In this document: positions 56,313-64,000 of the stretch, one piece after another
Layout: the number at the start of each line of letters is the position of its first letter
Numbering within the stretch: the first letter of the stretch is position 1
Source of the DNA: Acidimicrobiales bacterium
GTDB lineage: Bacteria > Actinomycetota > Acidimicrobiia > Acidimicrobiales > SZUA-35
DNA length: 64,000 nt
Assembly: GCA_965216205.1 (NCBI GenBank)
Contig: OZ244139.1
Coordinates: forward strand, 3,705,960-3,769,959
Direction: 5' to 3'
Notes under the pieces: model-generated
What the model saw: only the letters and a program-made list of their open reading frames with translations
Databases searched by the model: none
What the model was told of the DNA's origin: nothing
Position numbers and translations under genes: made by a program

Positions 56313-58049
56313 TCAGGCTGGGACGTCGGTGAGGAGCTTTCCGGCTTCGACGGTGACGATGCGGGTGAGGCGAACGGTCGACCGGAAGGCGCGGTCGTGG
56401 GTGATCAGGAGCAGGGTTCCTGCGAAGTGGTCCAGCGCCTGCTCGAGTTGCTCGATAGCGGGGAGGTCGAGGTGGTTGGTCGGTTCGTCGAGGACGAGGG
56501 TGTTGACACCGGTGGCCTGGAACGTGGCCAGCACCGCCCTGGTCCGCTCTCCCGGTGACCAGTCGCTCGATGGCCTCGACAGGTGCTCGGCTTCGAGGCC
56601 GAACTTGGCGAGCACGCTGCGGGCCTCGCTGGCCACCAGCCCGGTCTCGGACCGGAAGCGGTCGAGGAAGGTGCCGGTGGTGACGGACGGCGACCCGACG
56701 AGGCGAAGCCGCTGCTGATCGAGCCGGCCGATCACCACCGACCGGCCGAGCCGCTGTGTGCCAGCGTCGAGTGGGAGCTCGCCGAGGAGGGCCCGCACCA
56801 GGGTGGTCTTCCCCTGGCCGTTGGCGCCGTCGATCGCCAGGCGGTCGCCGGCGGCGACCGTGAGCGTGATCGGGCCGAGCTCGAACGAGCCGAGCGCCAC
56901 CCGCCCCTCGTGGAGCTCGGCCACCAGGTCGCCCGAGCGCTCCGCCGCGCCGATCGTGAACTGGAGCTCCCACGGCACCCATGGCTTGTCGACCTGTTCG
57001 AGCCGATCCTTGGCCCGCTCCAGTTGGCTGGCCTTGGCCGCCAAGCCCTCGGACCGCTCGATCCGGGCCGCCCGCAGCGAGCGATCGTTGTCGGGCGGTG
57101 CTGCCTCCCGCTTGACCCCCTTCTCCGCCCACCGGCGCTGCTCTCGGGCCCGCTGGTCGAGGCGGGCCACCTCGGTTCGGAAGTCGTCGTAGCGCTGCTG
57201 GGCGTGACGACGGGCCACCTCCTTGGCCTCGAGGTAGCCCAGCCAGTCGTCGTGGTAGGTCGTGGCCGATCGACTATGAGCGTCGATCTCCACGACGGCG
57301 GTGACGACCCGCTCCAGGAACCGCCGGTCGTGGGAGACCACGACCAGCGGCACCGACGTCGTCGACACGAGCGCTTCGAGCTCTGCCAGGCCGGCCTGAT
57401 CGAGGTCGTTCGTCGGCTCGTCGAGGAGGAGGATGTCGTGCCGTGCGAGGCGAAGGGCAGCCAGACCGAGCCGGCCCCGCTCACCGCCGGACAGCGTCGA
57501 GGCGACCTGGTGGACACCGACACCGATGCCGCCGCCTCCGTCGTCACCACCACCATCGGCTCGATCGTCGGCACCGCCGCCGACGTCGAGCCCCACGGCG
57601 GCGAGCTCGGTCCCGATCCGGGCGGGGAGATCCGGCCCGCCGAGCCGCATCCACCGGTCGAGGGCTGCGGCGTGCTCGTCGATCGCCGCCGACGAACCCG
57701 ACGACAGCGCGTCGGTGGCCCGATCCAGCCGAGCCGACGCCTCGGCCACACCCACACGGCGAGCGAGGTGGTCGGCCAGGCTCTCCCCCGGCTGTGTCTC
57801 GAGCTCCTGGTGGAGCAGCCCGACCGTCGCCTCGGCCGGGGTCGTCGACACCGAGCCGGCGACGGGACTCAGCTCGCCGGCGAGCACCCGCAGGAGGGTG
57901 GACTTCCCCGCCCCGTTCGGACCGACCAGGCCGATCCGGTCCCCGGGGCCGACCGCGACCGACACGTCGACCAGAACCGTGTTGCCGGCGAGCTCGACGG
58001 TCAGGCCGGTCGCACGGAGCTGAGCCGAGCCGGCGGTGGCTGCCATCAT
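56313..58049 (-). CDS. ABC-F family ATPase (two ABC domains, no TM domain)
   Basis: There are two Walker A sites (GPNGAGKST, GANGQGKTT) and two signature motifs (LSGGERGR, WSPGERTR). The start is ATG 58049. Confidence 0.9.
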   Translation of the reverse strand: MMAATAGSAQLRATGLTVELAGNTVLVDVSVAVGPGDRIGLVGPNGAGKSTLLRVLAGELSPVAGSVSTTPAEATVGLLHQELETQPGESLADHLARRVGVAEASARLDRATDALSSGSSAAIDEHAAALDRWMRLGGPDLPARIGTELAAVGLDVGGGADDRADGGGDDGGGGIGVGVHQVASTLSGGERGRLGLAALRLARHDILLLDEPTNDLDQAGLAELEALVSTTSVPLVVVSHDRRFLERVVTAVVEIDAHSRSATTYHDDWLGYLEAKEVARRHAQQRYDDFRTEVARLDQRAREQRRWAEKGVKREAAPPDNDRSLRAARIERSEGLAAKASQLERAKDRLEQVDKPWVPWELQFTIGAAERSGDLVAELHEGRVALGSFELGPITLTVAAGDRLAIDGANGQGKTTLVRALLGELPLDAGTQRLGRSVVIGRLDQQRLRLVGSPSVTTGTFLDRFRSETGLVASEARSVLAKFGLEAEHLSRPSSDWSPGERTRAVLATFQATGVNTLVLDEPTNHLDLPAIEQLEQALDHFAGTLLLITHDRAFRSTVRLTRIVTVEAGKLLTDVPA

Positions 58050-58178
58050 CCCGACGTTAGACCACCGGACAGGGCCGCTCGCCCGGGTTTCGGGCGCACG
58101 CGCTGTCCGCCGACGGCCGCCATCGATCGCCACCGCCGCCGATCGGCAACCGTCGAACCGGTCTGCAAGGATGACCCG

Positions 58179-58961
58179 ATGGAGCTGCAGGAGTACCAGG
58201 ACCGCTATTCCACGGCCGAGGTCAGCCGTGACGAGGCCGGGGTGCTGACGGTTCGCATGCACTCCAAGGGCGGGCCGCTCCGATGGGGCGGTCCGCCCCA
58301 TCAGCAACTTCCGGAGCTGTTCAACGCCATCGCATCCGACCGGGAGAACCGGGTGGTCATCCTCACCGGGACCGGCGAGTCGTTCATCGAGTTGCCCGAC
58401 GGCCCGAACCCGCTGGCCGAGGGCCGAGCCAACGCAACCGTGTGGGATCGGATCATCTGGGAGGGCAATCGCCTCGTCGACCAGATGCTCGACATCGAGG
58501 TGCCCATGATCGCCGCGGTCAACGGTCCGGTGACGGTGCACTCGGAGCTGGCGGTGCTGTGCGACGTGGTCCTGGCCGCCGAGCACACCTACTTCCAGGA
58601 TGCGCCCCACTTCCCCGGCGGGCTGGTGCCCGGCGACAGCATGCAGGTCGTGTGGCCCCTCCTGCTCGGACCGAACCGGGGTCGCTACTTCCTGCTCACC
58701 GGCCAGCAGATCGGGGCGGTCGAAGCCAAGGAGTTGGGCGTGGTGGGCGAGGTCCTCCCGGCCGGCGAGCTGCTCCACCGTGCCAACGCCATCGCCGCCG
58801 ACCTGGCGAAGCTCAATCCCATCCTGCTCCGCAACACCCGTCACGCGCTGGTCCGCCCGCTCCGGCGGGCGATGGCCGACGACCTCCACACCGGATTGGC
58901 GCTCGAAGCGATCGCCTCCATGTCGTCACGTGAGTGGTACCGGGATCAGGAACAGGGCTGA
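58179..58961 (+). CDS. enoyl-CoA hydratase/isomerase (crotonase) family protein
   Basis: ..VVILTGTGESF.. and ..PMIAAVNGP.. crotonase motifs are present. The start is ATG 58179. Confidence 0.85.
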   Translation: MELQEYQDRYSTAEVSRDEAGVLTVRMHSKGGPLRWGGPPHQQLPELFNAIASDRENRVVILTGTGESFIELPDGPNPLAEGRANATVWDRIIWEGNRLVDQMLDIEVPMIAAVNGPVTVHSELAVLCDVVLAAEHTYFQDAPHFPGGLVPGDSMQVVWPLLLGPNRGRYFLLTGQQIGAVEAKELGVVGEVLPAGELLHRANAIAADLAKLNPILLRNTRHALVRPLRRAMADDLHTGLALEAIASMSSREWYRDQEQG

Positions 58962-59005
58962 CACCGGGGATTGCGTCGACCGGGCCGAGCGGTGAAGATG
59001 CTTCG

Positions 59006-59791
59006 ATGACCACCAGCGGCTCCCCGACCGACCTGTTCGACCTCACCGGCAAGGTGGCCGTGGTCACCGGCGGCAGCCGGGGCCTCGGCAAGGCGATGGT
59101 GGAGGCGTTCGCTCGCTGTGGCGCCGACGTCGTCATCGCCAGCCGCAAGGCGCCCGCCTGCGAGATGCTGGCACAGGCCGTCACCGAGGAGACCGGCCGT
59201 CGGGCGCTGGGGGTGGCCTGCCACGTCGGGTACTGGGACCAGTGCGACGAACTGGTCGACACTGTCTACGACGAGTTCGGGCGATGCGACGTCCTGGTCA
59301 ACAACGCCGGCATGTCGCCGCTCTACGACTCCCTCGCCGATGTCAGCGAGGCGCTTTTCGACAAGGTCATCGAGGTCAACCTCAAGGGGCCGTTCCGGTT
59401 GTCGGCAGCGTTCGGGGCCCGGATGGCAGCGGCGGACGGAGGCTCGATCATCAACGTCAGCTCGGTGGCCGCGGTGCGGCCGACGCCGAACGAGGCCGCC
59501 TACGGCGCCGCCAAGTCCGGGTTGAACAACCTCACCGTTTCGTTCGCCCGTGAGTACGCGCCGAACGTTCGGGTCAACTGCATCATGCCCGGGCCGTTCA
59601 TGACCGATATCAGCAAGGCGTGGGATCTCGACGACTTCAACGCCAGGGCCGAGAACGACATCCCGCTGCAGCGGGGCGGCGAGCCGGAGGAGGTCGTCGG
59701 CGCAGCGCTGTACTTCGCCAGCGACGCGTCCACCTACACCACGGGCGCCGTGTTGAAAATCGACGGCGGTACGGCATTCGCCCCTGCGTGA
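59006..59791 (+). CDS. short-chain dehydrogenase/reductase (SDR)
   Basis: TGGSRGLG, NNAG, and the YGAAK catalytic motif are present. Confidence 0.9.
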   Translation: MTTSGSPTDLFDLTGKVAVVTGGSRGLGKAMVEAFARCGADVVIASRKAPACEMLAQAVTEETGRRALGVACHVGYWDQCDELVDTVYDEFGRCDVLVNNAGMSPLYDSLADVSEALFDKVIEVNLKGPFRLSAAFGARMAAADGGSIINVSSVAAVRPTPNEAAYGAAKSGLNNLTVSFAREYAPNVRVNCIMPGPFMTDISKAWDLDDFNARAENDIPLQRGGEPEEVVGAALYFASDASTYTTGAVLKIDGGTAFAPA

Positions 59792-60540
59792 GGGCGTCGC
59801 TGCTCGTTGCGCTGGCGGCGGTCGGTTGCTCGGCTGGTACCGGACCAGCAGCCGACCCGGTCCCCACGTCGGAGCCGGCGGGACGGGGAACCGTCGCCCA
59901 GATCATCGTCGAGCGATGCGACGGCGTCGACACCGAGCTGACCGCGGTGGGCGCGACCGTCGACCGGAACCGGCTGGCCACGGTGGCCCACGCCTTCGTC
60001 GACGCCGCATCGCTCACCGTTCTCGACGCCAGCGGGTCGCCGGTGCCGGCAGCGCTCCTCTACCTCGACCAGGAGCGCGACATCGCCATCGTCGAGGTCG
60101 CCGACGACACGGGCGAGTGGTTCTCGCTCGGACCGACCAGGAAGGGAGAGGCGGTCACGGTGCTCGCCCCTACCGGCGACGGCGACGATCCGCCCGATGA
60201 CGACCGCGATGACGACGACGATGACGGCGAGGGTTCGACCGGCGAGGGCGACGGCGACGGTTCGATCGGCGACGGTGACGGGGTCACGGCGATCCCGGCT
60301 TCCGTCGTGCGGATCGTCGACATCTCCGTCGACGGCGTCGGCCTCCGGGCGGGCCTGGAGCTCGACGTCGCGCTGGATCCCGGCCGATCGGGGGCGCCGG
60401 TGATCGACAGCGACGGGGTGATGGTGGGGATGGCGTTCGCCGCCGACCGCAGCGCGGCCACGAGCTGGGCGGTCGCGGCAAACGAGATCGAGGCCGCCCT
60501 CACCGAGACGACGGGCGACCCGATCCAGCTCGGTTGTTAG
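59788..60540 (+). CDS. trypsin-like serine peptidase lipoprotein candidate with an acidic insert
   Basis: Supported by the lipobox AAVGCS, ..TVAHAF.., ..DIAIVEV.. and ..GRSGAPV.. (His/Asp/Ser-like order). The GTG start overlaps the SDR stop. Confidence 0.5.
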   Translation: MRASLLVALAAVGCSAGTGPAADPVPTSEPAGRGTVAQIIVERCDGVDTELTAVGATVDRNRLATVAHAFVDAASLTVLDASGSPVPAALLYLDQERDIAIVEVADDTGEWFSLGPTRKGEAVTVLAPTGDGDDPPDDDRDDDDDDGEGSTGEGDGDGSIGDGDGVTAIPASVVRIVDISVDGVGLRAGLELDVALDPGRSGAPVIDSDGVMVGMAFAADRSAATSWAVAANEIEAALTETTGDPIQLGC

Positions 60541-60567
60541 TCGAGGTCGGCTGGACCCAGCCCCGGC

Positions 60568-61770
60568 CTAGCCCAGCTCGCTGCCGACGATCGACACGAA
60601 GCTCACGCACTCGCCGGGAGCGCCGCCGAGGTTGTGGGTCATGCCGAGCTTCTTGCCGCCCTCGGTGACCGACTTGATCTGCCGATCTTCGGGGGCTTCC
60701 TGGCGGAGCTGGAGCCAGCACTCGAACAGCATCCGGAGGCCCGACGCACCGATCGGATGACCGAAGCTCTTCAGCCCACCGTCGGGGTTGACGGGCAGCT
60801 CGCCGTCGAGGTCGAACGTGCCGGCCAGCACCTCCTTCCACCCGAGCCCACGGTCGGCGAAGCCGAGGTCCTCCATGAGGACGAGCTCGGTCGGGGTGAA
60901 GCAGTCGTGCACCTCCGCCATCGCGATCTCGGCCCGGGGGTCGGTCACGCCGGCCTGGGCGTAGGCGTCGGCCGCGCAGGCCGCCACCTCGTGGAAGGTG
61001 GTGTAGTCGTAATCGGGATCGATCGGGCCAGCCGCCGGGCCCGCGGTGAAGGCGAGCGCTTTCACGTAGAGCGGGTTGTCGGTGTACTTGTGGGCGTCCT
61101 CGGCCCGGACGATGATCGCCGCAGCCGACCCGTCGGACACGCCCGAGCAGTCGAAGATGCCGAGCTGGCCGGCGATCAGCGGGGCGTTGCAGATCGTGTC
61201 CTTGCCGACCTCCTTGCGGAACTGGGCCCGGGGGTTGCGGGCGCCGTTGAAGTGGTTCTTCCAGGCGATCCTGGTGAGGACGTCCTTCATCTCGGCCTCG
61301 TCGACGCCGTACTTCTCGGCGTAGGCGGGGGCGAGGAGCGAGAACATCGCCGGGGCGGTCAGCTCGGGGCGGGTGCCGTCATCGGGGATGGTGGCGCCGG
61401 TGAGACCCGACATGCCGTTGTCCTTCAGCTTCTCCACACCGACCGCGGCGACCATGTCGTAGGCGCCGGAGGCGACCGCGTAGCACGCGTTGCGGAACGC
61501 CTCGGACCCGGTGGCGCACATGTTCTCCACCCGGGTGACCGGCTTGTAGTCGATCTTGAGGGCCCGGCTCAGCGTCAGGCCGCTGACGCCCGACCCGAGG
61601 GTCCCGAACCAGTAGGCGTCGATGTCGTCCTGGTCGATCCCCGCCGAGGCGTAGGCCTCCTGGGTCGCTTCGACCAGCATGTCCTCGACGGACTTGTCCC
61701 AGTGCTCGCCGAACGGGGTGCAGCCCATTCCGACGATGGCCACCTGATCCTTGATGCCTCGTGACGCCAT
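60568..61770 (-). CDS. thiolase-fold protein (SCP-x / archaeal acetoacetyl-CoA-thiolase-like)
   Basis: It has the nucleophile region ..VENMCATGSEAF.., the ..EVHDCFT.. motif, and a C-terminal ..NLGG..... Confidence 0.85.
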   Translation of the reverse strand: MASRGIKDQVAIVGMGCTPFGEHWDKSVEDMLVEATQEAYASAGIDQDDIDAYWFGTLGSGVSGLTLSRALKIDYKPVTRVENMCATGSEAFRNACYAVASGAYDMVAAVGVEKLKDNGMSGLTGATIPDDGTRPELTAPAMFSLLAPAYAEKYGVDEAEMKDVLTRIAWKNHFNGARNPRAQFRKEVGKDTICNAPLIAGQLGIFDCSGVSDGSAAAIIVRAEDAHKYTDNPLYVKALAFTAGPAAGPIDPDYDYTTFHEVAACAADAYAQAGVTDPRAEIAMAEVHDCFTPTELVLMEDLGFADRGLGWKEVLAGTFDLDGELPVNPDGGLKSFGHPIGASGLRMLFECWLQLRQEAPEDRQIKSVTEGGKKLGMTHNLGGAPGECVSFVSIVGSELG

Positions 61771-61853
61771 GATGAGTACTTCCTAACGGTTCTTCTGCGG
61801 TGTAGAGCGGTTCTTCAAGTCTATGGCTGGGCGGGGGTCGCGAGCCAAGCTCC

Positions 61854-63266
61854 CTATGAGTGGGCCGGCCGGGCCTTCCAGAAGTAGTTGTGAACGCCGT
61901 TGGCGGTCAGGAGGCGCCGGAAGGTCATCGAGACCCGGTCGCCGATCTTCACGTCGTCGGGGTCGGCGTCGGTGAGCTGGCACTGGAACCGACCGCCGCC
62001 GTCGAAGTCGATGACCACGGCGATCACGGGCGGTGACAGCGAGTAGGCGAGGCGGTCGATCGTGAAGGTGACCACGGTGGCCCCCACATCGGCCATGGGG
62101 ATGGGCTCCATGTCGTCGACGGCACCACCCTTCACCGACACCCGTTGCGGCGGCAGGTGGACGGCGCCGGTCGATCGATCCTTGGAGCCGATGAACGCGT
62201 ACTTCCAGTCCTCGGACCGGAACGACGGGGGTGCGGCCGGTGGCTCGGGATCGGGTCGGCGCGGGGGCTCCCGGTCGAGGAAGCCACGCCAGGTGAGGAA
62301 CGTGTTGTAGGCGAGCGAGTCGTTGCCGGCCTCGACCTGCTCGGCCACCTTCCGGTCCGGCGTGTAGTCGGCGATGGCGTCGGTGGTGCGGAAGAAGCCG
62401 ACGTCGCAGCCGTCGACCAGGTGGATCACCATGATCAGTTGGCCCGGCTCGGCCTCGTCGAGCACCGATGCGAGCACGAGACCGGCATGGGGGGAGCCGG
62501 TGTTGCCGACGGTGGCGGTGAGGTCGTCGACCACCTTCGCCCCGTCGACCCCGGCGGCTCTGGCCGCGCCCCGCACCGCCCGGGCGTGGAGGCCGGTGAC
62601 GATCACGGCGTCGACGTCGGACGGCTCGAGCTGGGCCTCCTTGAACGCGGCCGTGGTCGCCTCGGTGACCAGCGGCAGGTAGGCGTGCTCGCCGAACCGC
62701 TCCTCCCAGACCCGCGAGTAGTTCCACTCCGGTTGCCGCCACCGATCGAGGAACTCGGCGGTCGACGAGGCGCCACCGACCCACTCGGCGATCACCGGTG
62801 CGTCCTCGTCGGAGCCGATCAGCCAGGCGACCGCGGCATCACCGGTGTTGGCTTCATCGGATGAGCCGGGCCGGCCTGATCGGACATCGCTGGCGAGGAC
62901 CAGATTCGGCCGGCTCCCGCCGAGCGCGGAGCGGAGGGCGGCGTTGACCGACCTCGGCGATCCCGCGACGTCGCCGGCGAAGACGTGCGACGGCAGGTCG
63001 AGGGCGGCGTGGATGACGTTGGCGTTCGTCTTGTCGAGGTAGGGCGGGGTGGTGGTGGCGAAGTAGACGCTGGCCGGCGTGACCGAGTCGCCGACGACCC
63101 GCATCACCGACCGGGCAGCTTCGACGGCCATCGACGTTGCGTCCTCGTCGTAGGACGCGACCGAGCGGGTTCCCCGCCCGCCTCCCGTCCCGAGCGCCTC
63201 GGTGATCGCGCTCTTCTGAAGCCGGTAGTAGGGCAGGTAGGACCCGTAGGCGATGATGCCGCGCAA
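61854..63266 (-). CDS. fusion of an HMG-CoA-synthase-like (condensing-enzyme fold) domain with a C-terminal DUF35 OB-fold domain; catalytic residues apparently missing
   Basis: The N-terminus MRGIIAYGSYLPYYR..SVASYDEDATSMAVEAA.. is HMGCS-like. The C-terminus ..ATVVTFTIDR.....PPVIAVVIDFDGGGRF..Q...D...VKIGDRV is DUF35 OB-like. Confidence 0.75.
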   Translation of the reverse strand: MRGIIAYGSYLPYYRLQKSAITEALGTGGGRGTRSVASYDEDATSMAVEAARSVMRVVGDSVTPASVYFATTTPPYLDKTNANVIHAALDLPSHVFAGDVAGSPRSVNAALRSALGGSRPNLVLASDVRSGRPGSSDEANTGDAAVAWLIGSDEDAPVIAEWVGGASSTAEFLDRWRQPEWNYSRVWEERFGEHAYLPLVTEATTAAFKEAQLEPSDVDAVIVTGLHARAVRGAARAAGVDGAKVVDDLTATVGNTGSPHAGLVLASVLDEAEPGQLIMVIHLVDGCDVGFFRTTDAIADYTPDRKVAEQVEAGNDSLAYNTFLTWRGFLDREPPRRPDPEPPAAPPSFRSEDWKYAFIGSKDRSTGAVHLPPQRVSVKGGAVDDMEPIPMADVGATVVTFTIDRLAYSLSPPVIAVVIDFDGGGRFQCQLTDADPDDVKIGDRVSMTFRRLLTANGVHNYFWKARPAHS

Positions 63267-63323
63267 GGCGAACCCCTCTCTCGCTGTTCACTCGCAGTTC
63301 GATGACGGGGTCAGCTTAGGTGA

Positions 63324-63542
63324 CCGGCCGCCCGAGGGCGGCTTCGAGTTTCGCCTTCGGCCAAACATCGCCCGGCCGCCCGAGGGCGGCTTCGAGTTTC
63401 GCCTTCGGCCAAACATCGCCCGGCCGCCCGAGGGCGGCTTCGAGTTTCGCCTTCGGCCAAACATCGCCCGGCCGCCCGAGGGCGGCTTCGAGTTTCGCCT
63501 TCGGCCAAACATCGCCCGGCCGCCCGAGGGCGGCTTCGAGTT
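63324..63542. repeat. perfect 48-bp tandem repeat, about 4.5 copies (VNTR-like)
   Basis: The unit CGGCCGCCCGAGGGCGGCTTCGAGTTTCGCCTTCGGCCAAACATCGCC starts at 63325, 63373, 63421 and 63469, with a partial copy at 63517. It lies in a divergent intergenic region. Confidence 0.9.
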
Positions 63543-63577
63543 CTGGCCGCGCCTGGTGACGTGTGCGGGGACCCGCG

Positions 63578-63952
63578 ATGATGGTCCACATGAGCAACGA
63601 CGATCGCCCGGCCACCTGGGTCGGTCACGTGCAGGTGAACGCCGTCGACATCGCCGCCTCGGCCGACTTCTACATCTCGCTCGGGATGCGCGAGGTCGCC
63701 CGCCACGAGCAGGTGGCGGTGCTCGAGCTTCGGGGCGGCACACACCTCGTCGTCGCGGAAGGGCCGCCCGCCGAGTGGGCGCCATTCGATCTCATGGTCG
63801 ACGACCTCGAAATCGTCCACGCCGACTGGGCCGCCCGCGGCTACGAACCGACCGAGATCGAGCGCGGCCGCATCCACGACCGGTTCGTCGTGCGCGACCC
63901 GGCCGGCACCGCGGTGACCATCAACAGCTCCCACGTCATCGGCACCGTCTGA
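63578..63952 (+). CDS. VOC/glyoxalase family protein
   Basis: ..WVGHVQVNAVDIAASADFYISLGM...VRDPAGTAVTI is the typical VOC pattern. The start is ambiguous among GTG 63563 and ATG 63578/63581/63590. Confidence 0.7.
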   Translation: MMVHMSNDDRPATWVGHVQVNAVDIAASADFYISLGMREVARHEQVAVLELRGGTHLVVAEGPPAEWAPFDLMVDDLEIVHADWAARGYEPTEIERGRIHDRFVVRDPAGTAVTINSSHVIGTV

Positions 63953-64000
63953 GAGCAATTCGTGGTGTGGGTCCCGGCAGGGCCACGCCGGAGAGGAGCC

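Noticed and set aside
63324-63542. Possible CRISPR array, since there are regularly spaced identical repeats with a hairpin.
   Set aside because: The units are directly adjacent with no unique spacers, the 48-bp period equals the repeat length, and no cas genes are nearby. It is a plain tandem repeat.

Overview
This is a 64-kb, gene-dense, high-GC segment (about 70% by eye). It looks like an actinobacterial chromosome: it carries a mycothiol-type isomerase-family gene, a SARP regulator, a DUF732-like lipoprotein and a long-form IleS. I call about 60 protein genes and one tRNA-Ala(CGC). Most of the content is housekeeping or metabolic. It includes ileS, dxs, moeA-moaA-moaC and tldD-pmbA. There is a lipid-type cluster of two acyl-CoA dehydrogenases, a family-III CoA-transferase, an MBL hydrolase and an alcohol dehydrogenase. 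There is also an OmpR/histidine-kinase pair, a Nudix / ferredoxin reductase / ferredoxin operon, an arylsulfatase, an ABC-F ATPase and a thiolase cluster. The supplied ORF track prints M for GTG/TTG starts. Many of its long ORFs are antisense or GC-driven artefacts, so I trimmed starts where the sequence supported it. The observations I rank highest are these. (1) A TlpA/ResA-like thioredoxin-fold lipoprotein gene (13303..13992, minus) has an in-frame TGA exactly at the first Cys of its CxxC motif, followed by a strong hairpin. It is either a selenocysteine (UxxC) candidate or a pseudogene. (2) A translationally coupled three-gene cassette (2410..4572, minus) encodes a WXG-motif helper, a polymorphic toxin with a papain-fold glutamine-deamidase-type C-terminus, and a small candidate immunity protein. 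(3) An accessory-looking patch (36.7-40.7 kb) ends at tRNA-Ala. It holds a GACCG 9-mer array abutting an SPFH gene, an orphan flagellin-IN-motif protein, a low-GC islet with a frameshifted membrane-anchored orphan gene, and twin 16-bp perfect palindromes. (4) There are several intergenic repeat families: a 61-bp paired element at two loci, a perfect 48-bp x4.5 tandem array, and a 28-bp perfect inverted repeat. (5) A ~420-bp low-GC mosaic patch lies inside a phosphoribosyltransferase gene. (6) A catalytically degenerate HMG-CoA-synthase-like/DUF35 fusion sits next to a thiolase. No CRISPR array, rRNA, transposase or integrase was found.
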